Made by a program: the position numbers and the translations under genes | Assembly: GCF_000150275.1 (NCBI RefSeq) | Contig: NW_002060949.1 | Coordinates: forward strand, 2,105,836-2,169,835 | Reading direction: 5' to 3' | Length of the DNA: 64,000 bases | Source of the DNA: Trichoplax adhaerens | Lineage: Eukaryota > Animalia > Placozoa | Shown: positions 13,466 through 27,700 of the stretch, one piece after another | Numbering within the stretch: the stretch's first letter is position 1 | Layout of the letters: each line of letters opens with the position of its first letter | The notes under the pieces: generated by a model | Databases searched by the model: none | Told to the model about the DNA's origin: nothing | Seen by the model: only the letters and a program-made list of their open reading frames with translations

Positions 13466-15640
13466 TTTTCAAGCTGATCCTGCAAGTGAAGCTTTAAAGC
13501 TTCACTTGTACTGTGTGATACGGAACTGCAAGCTACAGTACATGGTATTGCAGATTTACAGTATTAACTACAGTACTGGTACCGGTAATGTATCCTGATG
13601 CTAAAGTATTGTCCCGGTCCGGTCGTTTGAAGGAAAGGAAAACAAGTAGTGCAACTGCAACATTATAGCTACAGGTTGCGGTAAAACAAAAATTATTTAT
13701 CCCTGGCTGTAGGTTTTCATTTGCCGTTTCTAAACGAATTGAATTCTAAGGAGCATGTTCCATATGATCCCGTTATCGTCTCGACCAATAGTTATACAAC
13801 GCAGTAATGCAGCTGTACTGTACTGTGCTCGCAACTAAGTTTTAATATTTGTACTCGTATGCCCTTATGGACTACGACGTAACTTTGAATCAAGTTATAA
13901 TACAGTAATAGTACTGCAGGAGGATCACATACCAGAGCTTAATAGAGGTGCTTATTCCATGCAACATTGCTGGTATTACGGTACTGCAAAAGCTAGTTAG
14001 TTAAATAAATGAAATGATACTGCTATAATTTCCATCATAAAATTAACAGAGATTTTGATGATTGTAGTCGTTATTAATAATTTATTCATCTTACAATATA
14101 ATGATATTTCAATTGTAACGATGGCACAGTATAGCTGGATAGTAACTGTAAGTACATAATATAATTAATTTTAGCAAATATTGTTCTCTATCTTTAATCC
14201 TGCAAAAAAAATATTGCCATCAACTTTCAACGCAAACGTGTACAGATATGGTTTACTCATTAATTACTTCCATAACATACAGATACAATTGCTGCAGCTC
14301 ATAATTGTTTTCACCACAAAGCAAAACACCCATTTAATTTAGCATGGTGATTTTTGCAATCACTCTTAGAAAGTACCTTAGTAACATAATAAAGTGAAAC
14401 GTTGTAATTACAGTATTAACTGAATATGCAAGTGTCATAATATGCGCCATCTTGTATAGCTACCAGTATTAGCATATGTAAATACAGATATATAATAGAC
14501 CTTAACAGAATCGTATTTGTGCCGATAGTGTGCAGGATTAGATCAATACATACACACGATGCTTATCTACTTAATCGTGTAGGTTGTCATTTACATAATC
14601 AATCCGTAATGATCAATTATTAAATCATAACAAGGTAAATTGTTGCTTCACTTAATCAGTTTCTACCATATTTTGCTGTAATATGACCAATTGACCTTTC
14701 ATTTTACATCGAAACTTATACGTACATTAAATAATACATTATTTGATCCAAGTAAAGTAACGTGAAAAGACATTACATTAAATCTCTGAATTGCACTTTA
14801 CCTATTAGATATAAGTAACAGTTATAATTTAACAGATGACTAAAAAACCCCTGCTATAAGATTTCTACATATCTCAATAGTAATCATATTAGTCTGATCT
14901 CGCAACTCTTACATTTGACATCGAAGTTGCACCATAGTTCAGAATTTGATGACATACGTACATATATCTTTATACAGAAAACCACAAAAACATTTTAATA
15001 TTAACGCCCGCTAAATTCAATAGGTTCTAGATAAATCTTACCTTACAAATTTACAAAAAATCCTAAATATACTGCTATATACAAACACCTAAAGCCAAAA
15101 TACTTTAGAGTGGCTTCACAGGTCTTACTAACTTATGGAATATCAAGTTCATAGGTGAATAGAAAAGTGCTATAATTTACAGTACAATTGTTGATAATTT
15201 CTTAAAGTCAATTAAGAAATCCATCAAATTGCTGAATATACAAGGTTACATTATGCAGCGGTGGATTTTCATCAAAATCCTCAATGTTAGCCAATAATTT
15301 TCGAGCAGTCGATCAACCCTTTGCAAATATCCTATGTTTATCCATTTTAAAATTTTAATCACGAAAGCAACCCATGGTCAATCATTTTGCTCCCAATCAT
15401 AAATCAATCCAAATTAGACCAATCCTACCAAGGAAATTTACCGTCCAAGATAATGTAAAGATAATATAAACATACCAGTTATATATAGGTAACAATTAAT
15501 CCGGTCCCATTGCTTGTGCTTTATATGCGTATATATTTGAAGATATTTAAGTGGGGTTTTGTTGAAAAGTTTATAAACTAAAGACGCTCTCCACGACTTG
15601 CTATTACCATGCTGGTATAATATTAATCTTTTGTACTTTG

Positions 15641-18600
15641 TTAGACCTGGGTGGCTACCGATTGGCTAGATACCATCGAGAACCTTGAGCCCACCAAGTG
15701 TTGCCTTGATGAGTATGACTAATTCAATATCAAAGGAAGATTTATTAATTCTCAAATGTATAGTATAATAGGAGTCTTGCGATAGGTAACAGTAGCAGAA
15801 ACTTTCATTTATTTATTTCATACTTACAAAGTTGCCATTGGATATCGCAAGAGAAACAGGTCGACTGTTATTTACTGGTCGCTGCATTAAGAAATTATAA
15901 AAATTTATAAGGCCACTGCAACACTAGATTTGCTTTACTATGCGTATGCAATGTAAAGATAATATGGAATGATATCGTTAGTATACTCACTTTTGAGATA
16001 TCTTCTGTGGTTTCATTGATCATTGCCCTATTCGTCATCGATTGGATATCGAATTCGTCAAAAGTTTTTTTACTAAAATTTAAAATACAAGAAAATAGTC
16101 AATGCAAGTAATCGATAACAAAGCAATAAGCTAAAAAAGAATCGGGGTATATTACATAATCATAAAGGGTCTTACTTTTTTCCATGTCTTCGTCTAACAA
16201 TATACCCTATTATAATAATAATAATCAAGAATCCAATCGCACAACCAGCTGCAACTCCAATTGTCATGGCTTCGCCAGTAGATGCAGATGTAATAACTGT
16301 ACAGTTATTTCCACCATACCCGACCGAGCAACTATTAAATAAAAATTAAGCAACTATAAGTAGATGTAAACTCAGAAAGTCTAATAATTTTAAGCTAAGC
16401 AAAGGCTTAAACAATCTTACCTGCAATATGGTACACCGTTAGTTGAATTTATTAAACAGGAACCATAACCACAATCGATCGATTTACAATTATAACTTTG
16501 AGCTAAATGAAATATATCATATTTGCAAATACGTTAATTTTTATTGTAATAAATACGGAAAAAAATGAAAAAACGAAATCAATTTGTTTTATCATTTAAC
16601 AATCAATGTTAATCTTACTTGGAAGTAATACACATCCAGTCCCATCAGAATCTAATTGCCAACCATCTTTGCAAAGACAAGTACGTTTGTAATCACCGGT
16701 TTTAACGCAAATTTGACTGCAACCACCTTTATTCAGGTGACAGGCATCATAATCTATACAGATTACGCATGAGCTCAGTTAACTATCTAGCAATCATTAC
16801 AACATCTTTTGATTGTCATTCGTGTACAATACTTACGTCTTGGTTGCCTTTGCAATTGGAATGTTGTAATCCCCATAGGTGCATATAAGTCAGACAATAG
16901 CACACTTCTGTTTGCTCCGGTAAGTTTATTCGCTGTTTCGACAGTCTTACTTTCCCAATCAGTCCAATAAACGGAATTTTCGAATACAGTAATAGAAAAT
17001 GGATGTGGTATACCCTTAGAGAGAATAACTCTTCTGCCTGAACCATCTAAGTTAGCACTTTCGATATGATGATGTTTACCATCTACCCAGTACATTTTAC
17101 GTTGAGGGTAATCAATGGTAAGACCATTAGGCCATTCAACGTTCGTACTAACTAAGATTTGACGCTGCGTACCATCTAGTTTCGCTCGTTCAATTTTAGC
17201 GCTTGAGCCCCAATCCGTAAAATAAATGTAACTATAAAAAATTAATACAATATTATAAATTTATTATGATGTTAATCTACACAGAAGATATTAAAAAAAA
17301 AATCAATTTTCATCATTTAATTTTAAGATATCGTTGTTTACCCATCGACTGGATCGACCGCCAAGCCTCTTGGATCAGCTATGTTACTAATAATGGTTTT
17401 CACATATCGACCATCTAAATCACTCATTTTAATTGCATCCAATCCAGTATCAGTCCAGTAGATAGTATCATGTATCCAATCAACAGCGACACACTCAGGT
17501 GATAAAACACCATCGCTAATTATATACTTATTTTTACCAGCTACAGTACCATTGCTATGAAGAGTTACTCGACCAATTTTTTCCGAAACAATATCCGTCC
17601 AAAACAGTAATCGCTTTCTTACGTGGACATCAATACCAATAGCTCCTTTTAAACCCTTCATCACGTCATTATATCTTGATCCTTTGATAGTGAATCTATG
17701 AATATCTCGACGATTTGCAAAAAATAGCACTGGTTCTGGACCTAATGCTTTGCAGGATTTAAAGTCAGCATCTAATCTATAGCCGTCTGCACAAGTGCAT
17801 TTATAACTTCCTTTTGTATTCTCGCACATCTGACTACAAGGATTGGAAATATTACATTCGTTAATATCAAGGCACGTTCTGCCATCAGTATCCAAGGTAT
17901 AACCAGGGTTACATGCACAGTAATAACCAACTTTGGTATTCACACAATTTTGCGAGCAATGTCCGTTGTATTCACTACATTCGTTAATATCTAAAAAGTA
18001 GTATCCAAAATTAGAGTTCAATTTCATCTCGCAAAATTCATAGTAGATACATAATATAATTTTTTACTCATCATTAAGATCAAGCAATATAAGTTTAGTA
18101 CTTACTACAAGTTGCCGGTTCATCGGATTTATCTTCACAATCGAATTTTCCATTACATACTAATTTCATTGAAATGCAAGATTTATTCGTATGGCATGTA
18201 AATTGACTAGAATTACATGTCAAGTTTGGCGGAGTTGGAGTAGTACAATTTTGCTCATCTCGAGAGTTAGCACAATCACTTATACCATCACACACATTGT
18301 GCGCATCTATACAAATGTGCGCACTACAACGAAATTGGCCAGATTTACAAGTCGTCTTATTGCAACCTAATTCATCGGAGCCATCTGTACAATCGGTTGA
18401 TCCATCGCACCTCCATTCGGACTTGATACACTCCCAGTTCTTACATTGAAATTCACCGGCTCTACAAGTATGCTTCGGGCGACTAGTCGAACAATTTTTT
18501 TCATCGCTTCCGTCGGTACAATCACGTTCACCATCGCACAGCCATGATTTTTTGATGCAATCACCAGAAGAGCATTGAAACAACTCGGGACCGCATGTCT

Positions 18601-21600
18601 TATTTGCTATATAATGAAGTAATTTTATAACACTCAGTAAGTTATAAAAGTATTCTTCATTAACATGAATTTAATTTAACTAAAAACTTACGACAATTCC
18701 ATTCATCAGAATTATCACCGCAATCGTTATCGTTATCACATCGCCATGCGCTGTTAATACAATGTGAATTATTACAGGTAAATTGTTGAGGAGAGCAAGT
18801 TGCGACCTTGGCTATAAATTTAAGAAAGTACATACATTAAATTCGAATAAGAATATTTTTAATTTCACTTTAAGCCTACAAGTTATAGATAATAAACGGG
18901 TTATGACATTGTTATTAGCGCTGTGCTGTCAAATTATATAAAATTTATTAGATTACATTTAAAAAGGCGTTTTACAATAGATACTTACTGCAATTGCGTT
19001 CATCAGCTGAGTTACCACAATCATCTACTTGATCGCATACATAGTCACGTTTAATACAAACTCCATTACCGCAAGAAAATTCATCAGGAGTGCAAGTTTT
19101 GGTTACTACAAGTTAAAAATGTTGTAAACTTTAAATTCCTACTTTGTAATAAGTAGTTCTATCAAAATAATTCTATAAGCCATAATCTCTATAACTTATT
19201 CATAAATAATTAAAGCATTTATAATAGTAATCAACATATTTTTTTTAACTTACGACAGTGAGAGCCTTCATCGGAGCCGTCAATACAATCATTTTGGCCA
19301 TCGCATACCCATGAGGTAGTTATGCATTTTCCATCATTACATGTAAATTCATTGTTTGGATGACAGGTAACTTGAGCTAAAATTATAATTATAGTCGTAT
19401 AAGCTTAGTAACATAATATTGCATATACCTCAATGCAAAATTTTAAATATTTAATTAATTCATAATCAAAAACGTAAATGTTACGATCATTGTCATTGAC
19501 GCGTCTAGGATAAGTAAACGCTTGCAATACAACGGTTTCAATAAAGTATGAAAGAAATCTACATTTTTCACACGATATGGTATTCGTGAACAGTAAACAT
19601 CAAATCGTGATAACTACTATACCAATTATAATTATTGACGTTGTTGCACCTCAAAAAGATTTTTTTTACTATATGCAACACCCGAGACACTATTCATATA
19701 TGCTAAACAACGATTATGTAGACGTCCTTTCAACTTTTAAACGTTTAAAATTCTCCGAAAATTTGTGTTTTAACTCAGGTAAAATTATGCCATCTATTTT
19801 TGTATTATCTATAGAAATATTCGGTGTTACCTCCGACAAAACTATTCGTAGAACCAATGTAATCAGCAAATCTGGGTCAGTTGTGCAAGTAAAATATCAG
19901 AAATAACATCTTGTAGTAATTCATTGGAACAAGTAAATGCAGAAGTCGATATCTTCCTTTTCTCATCGTTAATTGTTATGCTTGCTAACTGGTGAGATAA
20001 ATTGCTTCACCAATTCCAACAATTTTATTGTATTAGCAGATGTGAAAATCTTTCAATGCAAACATAATTTGAGAATTTTATCATCCTAATTCTCACGTTG
20101 TACACTATTAAGGTCTGTCCTCAACACCTATTGTTGCAGATAAAGGGATCCTGGATTACTTCTGCAAGTTAATTCTAATTATGCTGTGAAATTAACCTCA
20201 AATTCCCACAACAGCATGTAAAAAATACACGCATAGAATAATTTTCTCTAGTTCTCATGCTGAAATTCTTATTTCCTAAATTTTTAAGTCTTTGCATTTC
20301 CGTATGTCTAAATGCGATTATCCAATAAATCTCATCCATCTCCAAATTCTCATCCTACTGTACTATATGCATCTACAGTTAATTAAAAAGTTCCCTAGTA
20401 TGAAGTACTGTACAGAATGGTAACTATCTATCAATGCTAAGTGTACTTTTTATCTCACCGTTTGTAGGCCTATACAGTACATCAAAAGTTGCCAATCAAA
20501 GTCAACTAGTTAGTTAATTAAAACAACAACCGGAACCGTCTAGAGTCATACCGTCTCAGTACAGTACTGTAAATCGATTAATATTTTTACAAAATCACCT
20601 ACTGTACATTATTAAGCTCTAGAAAGTGATTGGTTCCCGAATGTCAGGCCATTCACTATCCAATACAATAATATCGTATTAATGGTAATCAAAGCTAAAC
20701 TTATGCAACGTGATCAAGGCTAAAATGCGATGGATACTTACTTATCTGTGTACGGTACAGTACTCTAATTAATCTGATAATGGTTAATGGGAATGTAAGA
20801 AAATTTCAAAGGAGAAAGTAAATTTATAAAAATTGGCAGAGGTAACAATTATAGTTCCTTTTAAAGATTAGTATAGCCCCATTCCCATCACCCTTGAATA
20901 ACGATCGCGACGTTAACATTACAGTACAATATGATGACAACTGTGTCTCGTCTCCAGTGGTGTCTCTTTTATCACAGTAGTCTATGTCATCACGTTATAA
21001 TTTACAACAACCACGGATATTGATCTATTGTGAAAATATCTGAATGGAGTCCTCTATTTTTACCTGTTCTCTGCTTGGCTGGTTGATGTCTTAAGCATGA
21101 ACAAATTTTGAAATGATAACAAAAGCATCATAAAGTAGACATGGACTCTTAGTGAAGAATCATTTCAGTAGTCAACATACGTTTCTACAATACCAGGCAT
21201 TCTTTTCAAATTGAAAAAACAAACAAAGCTTCATTGCATTGTTGTTCAATGTTCTCATGGTGTGCCTTTGCAACGTATACAGAATTAAGGAAGAGAAACT
21301 AGGAGCGTCCATTTGTTTTATTTGTAAACTTTCCCCATGAACGTTTGTATGAATGTAAAGTATGAACTGCGATGTTAACGGTCTTAAACGGCCCATTTCA
21401 TATTATTATTTATTATTGAGTGAAGATATTCAACCAATCAATCTTACTTTTGTATTGATGATAAACGCTATTTAAAATTAGTGTCCATCCGATATTTACT
21501 GTTAGTATCACTGACTGTACTATATTACATGGAGAATTTGCATCACTTTCGAACATTTTTAAACTTTTGAAATTGAAGTTCCGTATGAAACGAATGTCAA

Positions 21601-24600
21601 TTACTACTATATTGTCACTTTTATAAATCTATTCTGTACTGTGCGCTTGACATCCTGAAAATTTCTATCATTGTCTTATACTATCTAACTGTAAATAATT
21701 GGCAATGTACAGTAGTTCAAAGAAACGACTAAAAACATTCTTTTTTAAAGACAACAACCGTTTTCAAGTGCTTGACTCACCACGACTACATTCTTAACAC
21801 GAAAGCAAATACAATTGAAATTTCTACAATTATCATCCAGCTATCTTTACCCCCAGACAAATACTATCCAAATGGAAATTATTTACTGTCAATAAATTTC
21901 CGTATTCATCATTTTGAAAAAACCTTAATACAGTATCAAGCAACATTGGAACAATACAATATTTACTTTTAAAAAGCGCCAAGCAATGGGAAAATTGATT
22001 GTGACTACTGAACTGCATATACAGAGGGAAAATGAGCGACTACTGGAAATGGGGCCAGGATGTAAACGCTTACTACAAGAGTGCTTTTACCAGTGATCGC
22101 ATGATGTTCAAAGTGTTTGCAAAGAAGCAACATGACTACTTCCACGCGACTTCAAATAATATCCATACAATGTTTAGGGACGTAGCACGTTGTATAACCT
22201 GATTTCAAGTTAGAATTGTTCGAAAACAGTGCTCCACTGTGTCAAGTTTTACTTTCTAAGGTATAGGTGATCTGTTATTTTTTTTTTACAGTAGCTATTC
22301 TTCTGGTCTGTCATAAACTAGAATGACAATCAATAGAAAATAACCATAGCGGTCCCATTCTCTAGAAATGGATTGCCAGTCCAATTTCAACATGAGTGAA
22401 ATTTCTATACTAGACTCTTAGTGGACGCGTGATGCAGCCAGTAGAATTCACTGCTGATAGAGTGAAAAAGTTCACTTTGAAGGTTGTAAAAAATATCGAT
22501 TCAAAAAATAGCTAAAATCAGTATGGCGGCATTAATCAGTACATGTAATGTATAAGACTATTGGATAGCTTTCTACTATCGGTCCTATCGATCCTCCACT
22601 TGTACTGTATTTTTTCTTCCTTGATATCAAAACATACAACAACCGCCAAAAATATCGATCAAAGAAACTTTAATTAATGGCCGTTAACTTCATGAAATGA
22701 TTAGGCTCCTCCCGGCCTGGAGATCATTTTCTATTCATAAACTGATTTTATACAAATTAGTATGTAAAACGACTTTGCAATACGTGTGGTAGTAAACGTA
22801 CGGGACTAGTAGTAAGACAACGTTGTAGTAAAGACACGCGGTCAATGGATTACGTGAGTCAGAAGGTGGTAATGTGGTGTACCCATACAGCAATCTTACT
22901 GCAATAATAATAATATCGGTATCAAGCATGTGATGTGTACATAGGAATTGTGAAACTACAATATTCCACAACAGTGGCATACGCTGCCGCTGCCGCCGTC
23001 GGCGTTTGATGTTTCCAAGAATGTAAATTTGAAATACTGAAAGCATTCCAAAAAGGCAGATGGACACTCTCAGTATGGTACAGTGATGGAGGTAGAAATA
23101 CGTCCAGAATAATGAATAAAAATAATCAATAAAATCAAATAAATGCCCAATTGAAAGCACTGATAGCATTCCGAATTCATATTTCTACCCCCATCATCTT
23201 CAATGTCAATGATTCATTAAAAGCAAAAGTAAAATTGGTTGAATTATATACAGTAGTACGACCAATAGTAAATACTTGTTAGCTGCAAGAAAATAGCAGC
23301 TACCAGTAGCAATCAATACTATCATAACTTCTTTTTAAAAATTCAGCTTTCTTACCACAATTTGTTTCATCTGAATTATCCTTACAATCGTCTGTACCGT
23401 CACAGCGCCAGTCGATTGGAATACATCTTCCGTTTCCACAAGCAAATTGCTTGGCCAAATTGCAAAATTGAGCTATAAACGATTAAAAATAATTTTTAAC
23501 ATCAGTTGGTTATTAAACTTCCAACTACAATTCACCAAATTCAATTTTTTAAATCTTCCAGTCACATGGTTTACAACCATAAACAAACATATATTGCTCT
23601 ACCAAAAAGCTCCAACTAAATTAAGACGATCACTCCAAATTAAAATATTCAACCACATGATCAATTACAATCAACGTGACTTAAGTATTTATTCATTTAC
23701 ATTCTTATTAGACTATCATTATAGTAGTATGCGTTAAAAATAAGTTGTAAGTTTTACGCGTGCTACATCATACCACTAAATCTTCAATGCACCCTTCAAG
23801 AATAGGAATTATCTCTAAACTGGACTATATTTAACGACATAAACAAATCTAACTCATCCATGGAGTGAAAGCCAGCTACTAACTACAGTAACTGCTTTCA
23901 ACTCTGAAAAGCGAAATCTTATTCATTTGATTACGACTTGAGCTCGCTTAAGCTAGAAAAGATCAGATCACACTAAAAAATGGAATGACACAATCCAATG
24001 ATCAATATCAGCTAGGCATAGGTCCTAAGAGTAATTTGTGTTAGCATAGCATATCGCGAATCCAGGTGTCAAAGTACCATGCAGTTTACAGTGTTTGTTA
24101 CGCTGTATATACAATTGAAATGGATCAAAAGTCAGAATTGAATTTCAACTTCAATAAATGAATTTCATGACACCGTTGAAAAATTGATATATCTTAGTCA
24201 ATTTAATTGCCAAGAAACTCCTACAATATGAACTACCAACGGATAGAAAACAGTTCTTAACAATAGCTTGGTATTCAATCCCAATACACAGTCATATGTG
24301 ATCGGAATAAGAGTGGAAGAACTGCTCAAGCCAAAGCTGATGTGAAAGTTGTTATGAATGATGAGTGAAAAGTGGAATAGGGGATAAAACACATCATTTT
24401 AGACTCTCTCCTTCATTTGCCAGGCAATATTATTGTGTTTTCTTTTCCTTATGTATAGCTTTCAAATGCTGACATCTGATGGAAAATGTTACATTATACA
24501 CAAACTTTATAGTCTATTTTTTAGCCTTTACAAAGGCCATTTTTTTCAATCATGTCCGTGATATAATCGTATAAGCAATGTGTATGAAAGCACGCAATGG

Positions 24601-24762
24601 AGACGTTGTATACAAATGAGAAAATGAAGAATTTTGCAAATTTCATTGAAATGCTGGCATAAAATCAAGAAACTTACGAGATTGAGTAGCCGCTTGAATA
24701 GTCGATGGATAAAAGTAGCAGCATAGTATGAAGCACAGGCAAGAAATAACTCGATTAGCCAT
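15641..24762 (-). CDS. LDL-receptor family protein, VLDLR-like: signal peptide, 8 LA repeats, EGF-EGF, YWTD beta-propeller, EGF-EGF, TM, cytoplasmic tail
   Basis: 14 exons with consistent phases: 24762-24678 ([24 protein letters not shown]), 23472-23356, 19376-19254, 19105-18989, 18811-18692 (one LA each), 18606-18106 (4 LA), 17990-17342, 17231-16837 (FWTD/YWTD/YFTD/YWVD/YWTD), 16753-16619, 16502-16421, 16331-16176 (TM), 16072-15991, 15881-15828 and 15718-15641 (ends SQSVATQV*). Confidence 0.9.
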
Positions 24763-27700
24763 GTTGAAAGGTCGAAAATTTTTCCAAGTGAGAAAGTGAA
24801 AAAAAAAGCTTGCTTATATTGGATCCAAGAACGCGTAGCGATATCAACAAAGAAAAATTTGTACGCGTCTGTAGAATTGAATTCTAAATATGGCTTGGTA
24901 CCAGGGGAGGAAAAAAATGTCAATAGTAAGAGGACGCAAGATGTGGCGAGACTGGATGGAATTTCAGTTGAATAGTTAAGACAAAAATGGAATAAGTGGA
25001 AATTTTTGCATCACTTTGAGGACCAAATTGACTAATGGCGGACTTGAAAGTCGGAGACGCCAATACAATATTTACTAACAGTAAATCCAAATCGCAGTGA
25101 GCTTCAACTTGAATTTGAATACGTTGTGTTTTTAATTTCAACGGTCTACAGTACTGTCACAATTATGCTGATTGATCTCAATGAATTGCTGAATAGTATC
25201 ATCATATCAAATTTGCTAGACGTTATATAGAGAGAGGAGACAGAAACCCTTGGCAACCCTAATGCTTTTAGAAATAGAAATTGAATGACAATACAAAAAG
25301 AATGTCAGATATTCATCATGGAGTAACTGGTCATCTATTCATAGCCCATCGCATTGTTGAGCTTGTGTCATACGACTCTTTGAGAGCAACGCCCCTTCAT
25401 CTATTAAGTTAATTTACTACTCGTATTATAGAAACGCGCCACTTCCAAAATACAGTAGTAAGAATCGGTCTCTTTCAGCAATCATTCATTGTGTCAACGT
25501 CATTATGAATATTATATTATTATTATTGTTATTATTATGATGATTCTTCACAGTAAGTTGGTTGTATTTAGAAAGACATACAGGAACAGTAAGGTGCGGT
25601 TGAAATAGACGACGAGATTTCTGGAAATTTTTGTTGATTTTTTACAGTGCACGGTATTCTACCGTGTACATCAACTGAAAGGACTGTACGACTCGGACTG
25701 TAGATCATCACCTGATTTGACCATTATCGCGTCTATGACGTTGAATGATACAAACTTGATCTGCCAATTGGATTATTATCTTTCTCAACGCCGTAAAATA
25801 GCTCCATTTTCTCATTCTATCAATCTATCGATGGCATGATGATAATATTAGAATGACATACGAAGAATGCATGACCACTTTGTCAACTTATCCAAAGTGA
25901 TGCCACCTATCAACGATCAAAGTAAAATGGACAGACTGTACTTTACTGTTGATCATGATCAACATGACTAGTATAGGAATAAGCCAACCTAATTTTCACT
26001 TCATTTCATCTATTTTGATCACTACTTGATCCTATCGAGCACGACTGAAAGTCCCTTGCCAATACAGGACATCGTGTTAAACAAGTATGTAGCATTGCCA
26101 ACGTCTTCTACTATCGACAAATAACATTGATGGTAAAGTAATACTACTACACTTGCGCTAAAGAATGATCGTAATCATGCTGTAAATTGTACAAATCATA
26201 CCAAAATTAGGGGTTACGGTTCGGGAAGGCACCAAGTCATGATGAACGATGACGCATTTAGCTTTACCGTAACTGACAAGATTACAGTTGTCATATGTTA
26301 CATCCTCGCATTTTGATAAACTACTGTAACAAGCAGTTAAAAATATTACAGACTATGATTTTATACAGAGACTGTATGTAATATCATGAGCAGAAAGTCA
26401 ACAACATTTGTAAATCATTGGAGCAGCAAGCACTCTTTACTACAAGAAATGCACACGTGTAAACATTTACAATCAAGCATCCATCGTTTATACTGCCTGG
26501 CCTTCCAGATGTGCTAGTGTAAACAACTCGTGGTTGTGCTGTACAAGAAAGCAACGCCGGTTGTTCGCATACCGTACAGTGTACAGTACAACATACTGTA
26601 CACTGTGTACAGTACAGTATGCCTGGAAGAAGCATTCCAATCAAACAATAGCCAGATGAATGGACTACCAACTTAGAGTAACGTTTTATCAAGTTGGGAA
26701 AGCGCCATATGAGATTCAAATATTAATCCTTTAATGCAATTACTTTAATTACCGATAATTCTATCTAATAATAATGAAACTTGTACGATTTATCGTAAAT
26801 TTTAAAATCTTATAATGTACTACTAAATGATAATTCTGCACTATATAATATAATTGAATTTATTACTTAACGGCATGACGTTATGAACGTAAGGATTACT
26901 GGTAAGCTAAATTCGATGATTCATGACTCATAACTTTAACATTTAGTATCACTTGCTGTACAATACTGCAAGATTTCAATGTAACCATTCATTTTCAGTC
27001 AGCCAGCCTCTCTTATAAAATAACCCTTTAAACTGTCAAAAAAGTGTAATTAAAGATAATTACGCTTATACAAGGTTTGACCTCAACCTAGTCTACTACT
27101 ATTATATTGCTACTGTCGTATTCTACGCCAATATATGCGTACACACAATTTGCGACATAAAGAGCTCTCTCTATCCACGATCAGAATGCAATGATTTCTA
27201 ATACAAAATGATAACGATGCCTATATACTGTACATATCAATCAATCAATATTCTCTCATAAGCCGAGAAAGGCAGTGCTTAATGTCATTACGCAAGATAT
27301 GCTGTAGAAAGCCTGAAAGGTTCAAGTTCAGTCCTACGGTAGTAAACCTACTACAAAATTAAATTGAATTAATGACGTGTTTAATTAATTAATAACATAG
27401 GCAGTAAAAGTGGGCTGTGCAAATTGCATATTTCGTATTTCATACTAACTATTAGTAATAATTGGCTCTCAGCGTGTTTCCAAATCACGCCAGAACTATA
27501 GTATAGTACCTGAATTACGCTTCTAGCGCCCTGCCATCAACTGTCTGCATCATAGTAGGCCATAATACTGTACATTAATTTAATGTACAATACAGGATAG
27601 TATCAAATCATTAAATGCTGAGCCTTCAATTCTGTGGAATTTTAATACTATGTATTGCCGATGCACGTGTACAGTACCGTAGCTTGAACCTACGAACATA

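Noticed and set aside
22735-23169. 144-aa ORF with an Arg run inside an LDLR-family intron
   Set aside because: No recognisable domain, the Arg run comes from a short GCC/GCT repeat, and it does not fit the exon chain.
24546-25141. Listed ORFs 24546-24923 and 24920-25141
   Set aside because: They overlap the real signal-peptide exon (24762-24678) in another frame and its probable 5' UTR.
25243-25260. RFX X-box-like site (cccttggcaac) upstream of the LDLR-family gene
   Set aside because: Only a half-site match, which cannot be distinguished from chance.
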